NCBI GenBank assembly: GCA_032128375.1
Contig: JAQBGU010000107.1
Location: 7,879 to 71,878 of the forward strand
Origin: Deltaproteobacteria bacterium
GTDB lineage: Bacteria > Myxococcota_A > UBA9160 > SMWR01
Reading direction: 5' to 3'
Length of the DNA stretch: 64,000 nucleotides
Of this stretch, positions 1 through 8,885 are shown in pieces. The notes under the pieces were generated by a model that saw only the letters and a list, made by a program, of their open reading frames with translations, searched no databases and was not told the DNA's origin. The position numbers and the translations under genes are program-made. Each line of letters opens with the position of its first letter. Within the stretch, counting starts at the first letter, position 1.

Positions 1-749
1 ACGAGGTGCTGGATCGGGCTTCGGCCGAAGGCGTTGACGCGTTCGTTGCGATCGGCTCGGGTTATGGAATCCGAAGCAACAGCCGAGCTGTCGCGCTGGC
101 CGCCAGCGATCCCCGCGTATTTGCGACAGTCGGCGTCCACCCTCACGAGGCCAGCGAACTCGACGATGAAATGCGTGGATGGTTGAATCAGCTGCTCGAC
201 CAACCGCGCGTCGTGGCCGTTGGTGAATGCGGACTCGACTATCACTACATGAAGTCAGATCGGGAAGTACAGCGATCTGTCTTCGCCGAGCAGGTCGCGA
301 CCGCGCGCGAGCGTTCTTTGCCCGTCACGATTCACGTGCGGGGAGACGAGCCCAACGCCTACGACGAACTGCTCGAGATCTGGCTGTCCGAAGGTGGTGG
401 CGACCTGGCAGGGGTGCTTCATTGCTACACTGGGACGCTCGAGTTCGCGAAGCGAGCGATGGACGCGGGGTTCTTCGTTTCCTTCTCTGGAATACTGACA
501 TTCAAGAACGATCGCGGGCTGCGCGACGTAGCGAAGGAAATTCCCTTGGATCGACTCATGGTCGAAACCGATGCACCGCTACTCGCACCACAGGGGTTTC
601 GCGGCAAGCGCAACGAACCGGCTCGTGTGAGTGTGGTGGGCGAAGTTCTCGCAGAGGTCTTGCGCATGCCAATAGCGGAAGTGGCAATGGCGACCTCTGC
701 CAATGCGCGGGCACTGTTTCGACTCGACGAGGCCGCACCCGTTGAGTGA
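1..749 (+). CDS. tatD: TatD-family metal-dependent hydrolase (5' end lies outside window)
   Basis: ORF 6..749 is open to the window edge. It carries VGVHPHEA and GECGLDYHY motifs and a VETDAP motif typical of TatD/YcfH hydrolases. The usual N-terminal HxH segment is missing, so the gene is truncated by the window. Confidence 0.85.
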   Translation, partial: EVLDRASAEGVDAFVAIGSGYGIRSNSRAVALAASDPRVFATVGVHPHEASELDDEMRGWLNQLLDQPRVVAVGECGLDYHYMKSDREVQRSVFAEQVATARERSLPVTIHVRGDEPNAYDELLEIWLSEGGGDLAGVLHCYTGTLEFAKRAMDAGFFVSFSGILTFKNDRGLRDVAKEIPLDRLMVETDAPLLAPQGFRGKRNEPARVSVVGEVLAEVLRMPIAEVAMATSANARALFRLDEAAPVE

Positions 750-1542
750 ATCGTCGAATGCCGAGACGCAAGTGGTCCGTGAACTGGCCGAACGGCTGGC
801 CCGACAAGCGGGTGCAATCCAGCGCGAGCGCTACGAGGGAGCACTGGTCATCGAGACCAAGAGTGAGAGCATCGACCTCGTCACCGATGTCGACCACGCG
901 TGTGAAAAACTCATCGTCGGCACACTGGCCGAGTTGCGCCCCGACGACGCGATCCTCGCCGAGGAAGGCAGCGGCGACGACACGACCGACGCGTCGTGGC
1001 GTTGGATCATCGATCCCCTGGACGGTACGACGAACTACGCGCATGGCTACCCTCGCTTCTGCGTATCGATCGGCGTAGAGCACGGGGGTGTCGGCACGGT
1101 CGGCGTCGTCTACGACCCGCTGCTCGACGAACTGTTCTGCGGGGTTCGCGGCCGCGGCGCGACACTGAACGGGCGGGCGATCCACGTCTCTGGCGAAAGC
1201 GACATGAGCCAGGCCATGCTCGCTACCGGCTTCGCATACGACGTGCATCGATCCGACGACGACAACATCAACCACTTCGCCGCAATCGTCAAAGCCGCCC
1301 GCGCGTTGCGTCGCGACGGCAGCGCGGCGCTAGATTTGTGTTATGTGGCAGCGGGACGCTTCGACGGCTTTTGGGAACTGAAACTTCACGCCTGGGATGT
1401 TGCCGCCGGAATCATCATCGTCGAGGAGGCAGGCGGCCGCACCAGTGATTTTACCGGAGCCGAATCCTGCCGTACCGGTCGCGAAACGGTCGTCAGCAAC
1501 GGCCACCTCCACGACGCGATGCTCGAAATTCTGCGACACTGA
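742..1542 (+). CDS. suhB: Inositol monophosphatase family protein (SuhB-like)
   Basis: WIIDPLDGTTNYAHG and AWDVAAG motifs of the IMPase family. Start is uncertain: TTG 742 overlaps the tatD stop, GTG 772 is an alternative, and the ORF track starts at 703. Confidence 0.85.
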   Translation: MSESSNAETQVVRELAERLARQAGAIQRERYEGALVIETKSESIDLVTDVDHACEKLIVGTLAELRPDDAILAEEGSGDDTTDASWRWIIDPLDGTTNYAHGYPRFCVSIGVEHGGVGTVGVVYDPLLDELFCGVRGRGATLNGRAIHVSGESDMSQAMLATGFAYDVHRSDDDNINHFAAIVKAARALRRDGSAALDLCYVAAGRFDGFWELKLHAWDVAAGIIIVEEAGGRTSDFTGAESCRTGRETVVSNGHLHDAMLEILRH

Positions 1543-1857
1543 GTCCGCGGGGAAATAGTGGATCGACAGTCAGCGCCGATCGCGCGAAATGCCCTGTCGG
1601 ACAGCCCGATGACGATCTGCGACGGCGATCGATCCACGATTCTGGGCACGAGTGCGCCAACTCGAGCGCGGCGAGCTGTGGGTGGGCGAGCGTCGTGAAA
1701 CGCAAGCCGTCGGTATCCAGGCGATTCAGCAGGTGTGATGCAAAGCCCGCTTCGATGCGACTGGACCCGACGACGAAGACGTCGCCGGGTCTCGAGATCG
1801 CAAGCTGGACCGATCGTGCACGACACCGGCTTGCAGCCGAGTATTCGCGCTGCGCGT

Positions 1858-3324
1858 TCACCCGCTCGGTTCGTGCACACCCGGTAGGCTGCCTTTTGGA
1901 GAACCATCAGCGGGTACATCGGTCGGTTTCGGCGCGAGGAAGTGATTGTTCAGCGCTTCAGTGCTGAGCGGAACATTCTCGCCGATCTCCGGGCCCAACT
2001 GGAAGACGGTTGAGCTGCCTGGGATCTGCGCGGGTATGCCCACCGCTCGCGGGGTACCCAGCCGGAGATCCGCCAGTGGTGCCGTATCGTCCTCCCCGTA
2101 GACCGTGATCGAGACTTGCGCCGGGTCGAGACCGATCGCGGCTAGTTCGTCCGGCCCAATTTCGTCGGCCAGGATCGATCCTGCGCGCAGACGCGAGAGC
2201 TCGGTCACCATCGCTGCGAGCTTGCCCTCTGCAAATTCATCCGGTGTAGCGGTCCAGCCAGCGTCGCCCTGGGTCGCGGTGATCGCGATCGTCTCACCCT
2301 CTTCCGTCAGGAAGCCGAGTTCGATGCGCTTGGCGTCGAACGGGGAAAATTTACCGAGCTGCCGGAACCGATACGGCGAGAGCCCTGTCGGGAAATCCAC
2401 GGTCTGCGCTACCGGAATCGTGTACAGCGACGCTTCGCCGGCGCGCACGATCTGCGACGCGCCGTCGGCCGAAACCCCGCCCAGCACCACGGCGACAACT
2501 CGCACCTCGGCGCCCTCGTCGGCCGCCAGTTCGATGCGCGCCTCGAACGCCGGCCGATCCAATCCCAACTGCGCGTCAGTGCCCGGTTCGTCGATGAACC
2601 CGTCGGCACGCAACGTGGAAAGGGTGGACAACAGTTCGTCGACCGTCAGCTCGTCCGCGGGGCCCTGGATCGGCTCGACGAGCCGCCATCCTGCGTCGGC
2701 CTTTTCGATCGCGACGCCAGCCACACCCTCGCCATCGGGCCACGATAGGCGGATCGTTCGCACCGCACTGCGGTCGAATCTCGCAATCCGCTTCTCGCGC
2801 AAATCCTCGAAGGACTTTTTGAACGCCCCCATCCGGTGCGACGCCACGATGTAAACGGTGTCGTTACCCTCGACTGCAGCGTACGCGTTTGCGCCAACGG
2901 GCGTGGCGTTTCCGAGCGCAAGAGCCCCTTGGGCCCCGGCCGCCGTAAAGCGAACGAGGTATTCATCGGTCTTGGTGGAGCCGAGCCCGTAGACCCCATG
3001 CGGTCGCGGGTCTTCGATCACCGATTCGCTCAGGATCGAGGTCAACGCGCTCGCGATCCCATCGACGGCGAAGTCGTCGGCCGGAAAGTCGAGCGGGGCC
3101 GTTATGCGCCAGCGGTTGTCGACCCGGCCGATCTCGACGCGTACCGCGTCCGTCGTGTGCAGCGTGATCGTCTCGATCGACTCCTGTTCGACGCCCGGAA
3201 AGAGTCGTTTGGTGGCCTCCTCGGCGTCCTTGCGGCCCTGTTCGCCTTCGATCTCGTAGAAATAGACGAACGTCGCCAACACGGCCGCTAGAACGAACAG
3301 GATCCCGGTAGCTTTGGGATTCAT
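1858..3324 (-). CDS. DUF4340-like protein, partner of GldG-type ABC-2 systems
   Basis: N-terminal TM helix (ILFVLAAVLATFVYFY) followed by a long soluble domain. ATG 3324 forms an ATGA overlap with the upstream GldG-like stop. The position downstream of gldA/F/G-like genes is typical for this family. Confidence 0.7.
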   Translation of the reverse strand: MNPKATGILFVLAAVLATFVYFYEIEGEQGRKDAEEATKRLFPGVEQESIETITLHTTDAVRVEIGRVDNRWRITAPLDFPADDFAVDGIASALTSILSESVIEDPRPHGVYGLGSTKTDEYLVRFTAAGAQGALALGNATPVGANAYAAVEGNDTVYIVASHRMGAFKKSFEDLREKRIARFDRSAVRTIRLSWPDGEGVAGVAIEKADAGWRLVEPIQGPADELTVDELLSTLSTLRADGFIDEPGTDAQLGLDRPAFEARIELAADEGAEVRVVAVVLGGVSADGASQIVRAGEASLYTIPVAQTVDFPTGLSPYRFRQLGKFSPFDAKRIELGFLTEEGETIAITATQGDAGWTATPDEFAEGKLAAMVTELSRLRAGSILADEIGPDELAAIGLDPAQVSITVYGEDDTAPLADLRLGTPRAVGIPAQIPGSSTVFQLGPEIGENVPLSTEALNNHFLAPKPTDVPADGSPKGSLPGVHEPSG

Positions 3325-4919
3325 CGCGGCGTGTTCTGGCGCCGGCTCCACCAGGTGAAGACTCCCAGTACCGCGAGTGCCTCGGGCAACGCGAACAGCG
3401 AGAAGAGCCGAATCGTCTGGAACTGAGCGGTGGACAACTGGAAACGCGATGCGCGCGCCGTGTTGGGCCGCAAAGAGATCGCCTCGACATCGCCGAGCAA
3501 CCAGTTCACCGTGTTCACAAACAGGTCGCGGTTGCGGTAGGCGCCCAACAACTCATTGGCCGCGAAGTCCGCATCGCCGAATACCGCGAGCCGCGCTTCT
3601 ACATTCCCCGAGTCGGTGTCGCCATCGACCGAGTCCGCAGCCGCCTCATCGAATACTACGATACCGGCGACAGCCACCGGAACAGGTCCCGCCAGATCTT
3701 CGGCACCAAGCTCGGCATCCCCCTGGTCGTAAAAGCGCTCGAGGTCGCTCTCGGCCCAGGATTCCTTACCGGTCAGCACGATCTCGGTAAAGCTGCCCGC
3801 CGCGCCCTCGCGTTGCTTCACGCTGCGAACGACATGAAACAGCGTCGTTTCGCGCATGTCCCGCGTGATGGCGTGATCGGCGTATTGGCTGGCAAAAGGC
3901 GTCGTCGCGCGCCCGAACAGCGCTTGCTGGCGGTCGACGACCACGTCCTCGCCGAGGGCCACACCCCACTCGGCCAACTTCTCGACGAGGTCGGTGTTCG
4001 CTCGCGGATCGACCAACGCGAGCAGCGCGCCACCGCGTCGCAAGTAGGCATCGAGCGCCGCCGATTCCTCGGGCCGCAGCGTCCGTGTTGGCCCCGCAAC
4101 GATCACGACATCTGCATCGTCGGGAACTGCCCCTTTGGCGGCCAGCAGCAACCGTTCGACGCTGTAGTTCTCGTTGCGAAGCGCTTCAGCTGCCAGCGAG
4201 TAGGCCTCCTTGGCGGCGGCGGCTTCGGCATCGATTGCACGCTCGTTGTGGCCCTCGAGAAAGTAGACCGTCTTTTCACCCGTCCGCGTCAGCTTGACGA
4301 TCGCGTTGGTGATCTTTTCTTCGGTCAGCTCATCGAGCGTGACGACCTCGTCGCGATAGGCCAAGCGCAGCAGACCGTGCCCCAGCTGTTCGGAATTGAT
4401 CGCGTAACGCTCGAGCAAATCCGGCTGTTCGTTCGGGTCTGCGATGACTTCGACAACGAAGCGCTCCGTTTCGTAGGCGTAGCGATCGAGTGTCTCCTTT
4501 ACGCCGCCAACCTCGCTGCGCGCGAACAACCCGACGACCCTGACGTCCTCGTCGAGCGCGGCCAGCACTTTCTGAGTCTGGTCCGTCAACGAGTGGACCT
4601 GCTGCTCACTCCAATCGAAACGCTTGGAGTACCGGTTCGCCATGAAGCCACCCAAACCCAGGATCACAATCGCGAGTAGGGTCGAAATGACTGCACTCGA
4701 GCCGTGCTTGGAGGCGCGCCGGGCCTCGCCGGAGCTCATCCGCTCGCGTAGAGCATCGAGGTTGATCACAGCCCCAGAAGCCAGCAACACGACGCCGACC
4801 ACGCCGTGGACGATGCTCCAGCTCAAGTGCGTGACACCCGTCAGCGCCATGAAGAAGCTGGCGAGCGCAAACAGGATGGATACGCCCCCAAGCGCACCCA
4901 GAAGTGATGAGACTCCCAT
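3321..4919 (-). CDS. GldG-like ABC-2 transporter auxiliary component
   Basis: 532 aa with N- and C-terminal TM segments flanking a large periplasmic domain. It sits immediately downstream of the ABC-2 permease and ATPase. Confidence 0.75.
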   Translation of the reverse strand: MGVSSLLGALGGVSILFALASFFMALTGVTHLSWSIVHGVVGVVLLASGAVINLDALRERMSSGEARRASKHGSSAVISTLLAIVILGLGGFMANRYSKRFDWSEQQVHSLTDQTQKVLAALDEDVRVVGLFARSEVGGVKETLDRYAYETERFVVEVIADPNEQPDLLERYAINSEQLGHGLLRLAYRDEVVTLDELTEEKITNAIVKLTRTGEKTVYFLEGHNERAIDAEAAAAKEAYSLAAEALRNENYSVERLLLAAKGAVPDDADVVIVAGPTRTLRPEESAALDAYLRRGGALLALVDPRANTDLVEKLAEWGVALGEDVVVDRQQALFGRATTPFASQYADHAITRDMRETTLFHVVRSVKQREGAAGSFTEIVLTGKESWAESDLERFYDQGDAELGAEDLAGPVPVAVAGIVVFDEAAADSVDGDTDSGNVEARLAVFGDADFAANELLGAYRNRDLFVNTVNWLLGDVEAISLRPNTARASRFQLSTAQFQTIRLFSLFALPEALAVLGVFTWWSRRQNTPR

Positions 4920-4950
4920 CAGTGCACCCCTCCGAAATAGCTGCTCGCCA

Positions 4951-5736
4951 TTATCGCCATCTCACAGACTCCACCGAAGCCTTCGTCAGCAGCAAAAAGA
5001 CCCCGATCATCACGGCGAAGTACGCCAGGTCCGCCGTGTCGACGAGGCCTTTCAGGAGATTTTCAAAGTGCAGTGCGGCCGATAGGTAGCGGAGCCCATC
5101 TGCCACGGCCGGCGCGGATCCGGCCACACCGAAGTCCGCGACGGCTGGAAGCAACAGCAGTGTAAGGAGCACCACGAACGAGATCAGAAATGCGATGATC
5201 TGGTTGCGTGTGACCGAAGATGCAAAGCCACCGATCGCGACGTACGTCCAGCCCACCAACAGGATCCCGAGCAGACCCGACACGGTCTTGCCAACTTCGG
5301 GATCTCCGTAGGCGAAAAGCAACCCGGGAAACATGCCGACTAGCAGCGTGAGCAGCGCGACGAAGATTGCCCCTGCTGCGAACTTTCCCAGCACGATGTC
5401 CCAGATCGTCAATGGGCTCGTCAGAAGCATTTCCTCGGTCCGGTTGCTCTTTTCCGACGCGTACAACCCCATCGTGATGCCGGGTATCAGGAACATCAAC
5501 ACGACCGACATCGAGCCATAGAACTCACCGATCAGGCGGTCGTTCAGGTTCCACTGGGCCAATTCATCGAATGCCTGATACTGCTGCATACGCATCAGCA
5601 TCTCGTTGAACCAGGCGACATCGAGGATGAAAAACACACCCGCGAGTACGGAGAACAAGCTCAGGACTCCGTATGCGATCGGAGATACGAACAGCGAGCG
5701 TAACTCACGCCCCGCTATCGAGCCGATGTGCTTCAC
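4951..5736 (-). CDS. ABC-2 type transporter permease (GldF-like)
   Basis: 261 aa polytopic membrane protein. Its GTG start forms a GTGA overlap with the ATPase stop. Confidence 0.8.
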   Translation of the reverse strand: MKHIGSIAGRELRSLFVSPIAYGVLSLFSVLAGVFFILDVAWFNEMLMRMQQYQAFDELAQWNLNDRLIGEFYGSMSVVLMFLIPGITMGLYASEKSNRTEEMLLTSPLTIWDIVLGKFAAGAIFVALLTLLVGMFPGLLFAYGDPEVGKTVSGLLGILLVGWTYVAIGGFASSVTRNQIIAFLISFVVLLTLLLLPAVADFGVAGSAPAVADGLRYLSAALHFENLLKGLVDTADLAYFAVMIGVFLLLTKASVESVRWR

Positions 5737-6506
5737 GATGCCGCCTCCTGCGCCGGCTCGGCTGGCTCCATATCGGCCGCATCGCGAGATGTGTGCCGGG
5801 CAAAGATTTCCTCGAGAGTGGTTCCATCTGCCGTCAGCTCATCGAGTGGCGCGTCGACCACCTTGCGGCCCTGGTGAATCAGGATCACGCGGCGGCAAAT
5901 GGCATCGACTTCGGCCATGATATGCGTCGAAAGGATCACGGTGTGCTGTGCCACACCCCGGCCCGGTGCCGTCAGTTCTGAGATCAGGGCGCGAATCTCA
6001 CGAATCTGCAGCGGGTCGAGTCCGGCGGTCGGTTCATCGAGGATCAGCACAGGCGGGTCGTGCACGATGGCCTGCGCCAGTCCTACGCGCTGCCGAAATC
6101 CCTTCGACAGCGTTCCAATCACCTGGCGGTGCACGTGCGTCAGATCGGTTCGCTCGATTGCGCGCTCTACCGCGTCACGTCGCTGCTTCCTCGCCACGTC
6201 CTTGATGCGCGCCACGAATGCCAGATACGACTCGACGGTCATTTCGGGATACAGCGGCGGCATCTCCGGCATGTAACCGATCGCGCGGCGCGCTGCGATC
6301 GGATCTTCGAAGATGTCGTGGCCGGCGATGACAGCGGTTCCATCGGTGGGCGGCAAGAAGCCCGTGATCATGCGCATCGTCGTGGTTTTTCCGGCGCCGT
6401 TGGGCCCCAGAAATCCGACGACCTCGCCTTTGCCAATCGAAAACGACACATCGTCCACGGCGGCCAGGTCGCCATAACGCTTGGAAAGCCCCCTCGCTTC
6501 AATCAC
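5733..6506 (-). CDS. ABC transporter ATP-binding protein (GldA-like)
   Basis: Walker A GPNGAGKTTT, signature LSKGFRQR and Walker B LILDEPTAGLD. Confidence 0.9.
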   Translation of the reverse strand: MIEARGLSKRYGDLAAVDDVSFSIGKGEVVGFLGPNGAGKTTTMRMITGFLPPTDGTAVIAGHDIFEDPIAARRAIGYMPEMPPLYPEMTVESYLAFVARIKDVARKQRRDAVERAIERTDLTHVHRQVIGTLSKGFRQRVGLAQAIVHDPPVLILDEPTAGLDPLQIREIRALISELTAPGRGVAQHTVILSTHIMAEVDAICRRVILIHQGRKVVDAPLDELTADGTTLEEIFARHTSRDAADMEPAEPAQEAAS

Positions 6507-6607
6507 GGTATCACCACTCTCCTTCGGCCCTTCGCCACATGCGTGCGCGGCGCGATCTTGTTTCGCGCCTTGTCCGCACTTGGGTTCCAGTGCGCGTTTC
6601 TCTTTCT

Positions 6608-6683
6608 GTCAGCTTCTGTCAGCTTCTGTCAGCTTCGGTCAGCTTCGGTCAGCTTCAGCCAGCTTCGGTCAGCTTCAGCCAGC
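6608..6683. repeat. 10-bp tandem direct repeat, about 7.6 copies (gtcagcttcN)
   Basis: Read directly: gtcagcttct x2, gtcagcttcg x2, gtcagcttca, gccagcttcg, gtcagcttca, gccagc. Located between the tetR stop (6705) and the ABC ATPase start (6506). Confidence 0.95.
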
Positions 6684-6704
6684 ATTCAGTAGATCCTGAT
6701 GGGC

Positions 6705-7337
6705 TCAAGTACAGATCCCATTGAGGTAAACCTCGACGACCGTCCGGGCGACGCGATCGAAGTAGTCGCCCTCTTTCTCGCCGGCCTCAATTTCGATCAC
6801 TCCCAGCACGAGCCCGGTAATAACGATCTCGAGCCCCCCGATCAACACATAGCACGCAATTTTGGGATCGAGATCTACTCGAACCTCGCCTCCCGCCTGG
6901 CCATCCCGCAAGATTGCCGCGATCATCGCGAACAATTTGCCCACCGCGTGCATCTGACCGGGTTCTGCGAAGCGCGACGAGCGTTGAATCTCGAGCACTA
7001 CGACCTTGACCCACTCGGGTCGTACCCGATAGGCGTTCACGATCAATTTCGCGATGGAGAGCAGCTTGTCTCGGGATGACTCATTCGAAGCTGCTATCGC
7101 GCTCACCACATCCAGGAAGCCACCCCAGCGCTCTTCGAAGATGCTGTTGAGGACTTCTTCTTTGTTTTTGAAGTAGTGGTAGACGAGGCCGTACGCGATC
7201 CCGGCTTCCTCGGCGATATCCGACACCCGCGCTGCGTGGTAACCCGTCCGAGCAAATACCCGGATCGCGGCGTCCAATATGGCAGTTCGTTTGTCTCGGC
7301 GAGCAGTTGATTCGGGGGCGGCAGGCAATTTGACCAC
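6705..7337 (-). CDS. TetR/AcrR family transcriptional regulator
   Basis: N-terminal HTH region (FARTGYHAARVSDIAEEAGIAYGLVYHYFKNKEE) characteristic of the TetR family. Confidence 0.9.
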   Translation of the reverse strand: MVKLPAAPESTARRDKRTAILDAAIRVFARTGYHAARVSDIAEEAGIAYGLVYHYFKNKEEVLNSIFEERWGGFLDVVSAIAASNESSRDKLLSIAKLIVNAYRVRPEWVKVVVLEIQRSSRFAEPGQMHAVGKLFAMIAAILRDGQAGGEVRVDLDPKIACYVLIGGLEIVITGLVLGVIEIEAGEKEGDYFDRVARTVVEVYLNGICT

Positions 7338-7458
7338 TGCAGTGCGTGTCTAAGGGGAGCCGCTGACTATATGAACTCAACCTGCGCCGTCAATACTTCA
7401 TGAATCCCAAACAGGAGCTGGAGTAGCCAACTCGACCAGACGGACTATCCTACTGGAA

Positions 7459-7761
7459 ATGCATAGGTTTCTGTTCGTTGAAGTCGTCCTGGTCGCCGTC
7501 GTGACGGGACTGGTGGCAGGGCCCGCCGCGGCGAGCGTGCCGCCGCCCGGATCATCACTCCCGTCAGCGCTCCGACTGCCCGTCGCTAACCCTCCCGGTC
7601 TCACGACTGGCCAGCCTGCTGGCGATTGGCGGGGTCGCTATTGCACGACCCCGTCGTGCACCGGCGGGTCGTCCCAACCGGGGTCGGCTGCACTCGGCTT
7701 TGGATCGGCCGTGCTCGCTGCGGGCTGGATCGCGAGGCGGCGCCGTCCGCTGGAAAGCTGA
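7459..7761 (+). CDS. Small secreted protein with Cys-motif/TM/Arg-cluster C-terminus (MYXO-CTERM/PEP-CTERM-like sorting signal)
   Basis: Signal-peptide-like N-terminus (FVEVVLVAVVTGLVAGPAAAS). C-terminus reads SCTGGSSQPGSAALGFGSAVLAAGWIARRRRP. The ORF ends 9 nt before the GT4 start codon. Confidence 0.4.
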   Translation: MHRFLFVEVVLVAVVTGLVAGPAAASVPPPGSSLPSALRLPVANPPGLTTGQPAGDWRGRYCTTPSCTGGSSQPGSAALGFGSAVLAAGWIARRRRPLES

Positions 7762-7772
7762 ACGGGCGGATC

Positions 7773-8885
7773 ATGCGGATTGCGCTCTTCATCGAGCGAT
7801 TCGAACCTGGTCGCGGGGGCGTCGAAAACGTCGCGTGGACGGTGGCGCACGACCTCGCCCGTGCGGGCGACGAAGTTCACGTAGTCGCTCGCCGGTCCAG
7901 CGCCCAGGCGCAGGTTCGTGTTCACAAGGTCGATGTTTCTGATCGCTGGCAGCCGATGCGGGTATCGCGTTTTTCCCGCGCAACAGCCCGTGTCGCTCCG
8001 CGCGGTTCATTCGACGTCGTCTACTCGCTCGCGCGCACCGAACATCAAGACGTCTATCGAGCCGGGGCCGGAAGCCACGCGAGCTACATGGAGCGGCGCT
8101 ACCGGAAGCTGTCGGGGTCGCTGTATAGGCTATCCCCACGACACGCGGTCCTGCTTTCAATCGAGCGCCGCGTGTTTCGCGATGCGAGCCAGACGGTTCA
8201 ATGCGGTTCCGAGATGGTTCGACGCGAACTCCAACAACGCTACGAGATCTCGAGCGAGCGCCTGGTCGTCGTCCGCAACGGCGTCGACCTCGACCGTTTC
8301 CGACAGACACCCGAAATCCGCGAAACTCATCGCGCACTTCTGCGTACCGAGCTCGGCGCTGGCGACCAGCTGGTCTGGCTCTTTGCCGGGTCGGGGTTCG
8401 CTCGCAAGGGCCTCGATACCGCGCTGCGCGCGCTGGCGCGCGCAGAGCGCGGCGACTGCCAGATGTGGATCGTGGGGGGCGACCGGCCGGCCGCGTGGCA
8501 ACGTCTCGCGAAATCGCTCGGGGTCGCAGAGCGGGTGCGCTTCCTGGGATTTCGAGCGGACATGCCCGAACTCTATGCGGCCGCCGACGCGCTGGTCCTG
8601 CCCACGCGCTACGACGCCTGCGCGAACGTCTGCTTCGAAGCGGCGGCGGCCGGAATTCCGATCGTCACGACCGCATCCAACGGTGCGGCCGAGGTGCTGG
8701 AAGGCGGCGCCGTCATCATCGACGACCCCGAAGATACGGGTGCTGTCGCGGCAGCACTCGACGCTCTGAGCGACCCAGAGACGCGCGCGCGAATGGGCCA
8801 TTCGGCGCATGCGGCTGCGGCACAGCTAGGCTGGAGCGACCACGTTGCGCGCCTTCGCAGACTGTTCGCCGAGCTCGCGGTTTGA
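7773..8885 (+). CDS. Glycosyltransferase family 4 (WaaG/RfaG-like)
   Basis: Starts MRIALFIERFEPGRGGVENV. The C-terminal half has a GT4-type sugar-nucleotide binding region (LPTRYDACANVCFEAAAAGIPIVT). The ORF-track start at 7626 is probably an upstream extension. Confidence 0.85.
   Translation: MRIALFIERFEPGRGGVENVAWTVAHDLARAGDEVHVVARRSSAQAQVRVHKVDVSDRWQPMRVSRFSRATARVAPRGSFDVVYSLARTEHQDVYRAGAGSHASYMERRYRKLSGSLYRLSPRHAVLLSIERRVFRDASQTVQCGSEMVRRELQQRYEISSERLVVVRNGVDLDRFRQTPEIRETHRALLRTELGAGDQLVWLFAGSGFARKGLDTALRALARAERGDCQMWIVGGDRPAAWQRLAKSLGVAERVRFLGFRADMPELYAAADALVLPTRYDACANVCFEAAAAGIPIVTTASNGAAEVLEGGAVIIDDPEDTGAVAAALDALSDPETRARMGHSAHAAAAQLGWSDHVARLRRLFAELAV

Noticed and set aside
6608-6683. 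Whether this and the other tandem arrays could be CRISPR arrays
   Set aside because: The units are contiguous, with no spacers between repeats, and only 10-15 bp long. No cas genes are present, so the arrays are not CRISPR.
8201-8881. N-terminal 227 codons of the 760-aa ORF 8201..10483
   Set aside because: This part overlaps the GT4 gene in another frame and is Arg/Pro-rich. Kinase-like sequence only starts after the GT4 stop, where a TTGA overlap provides a start.
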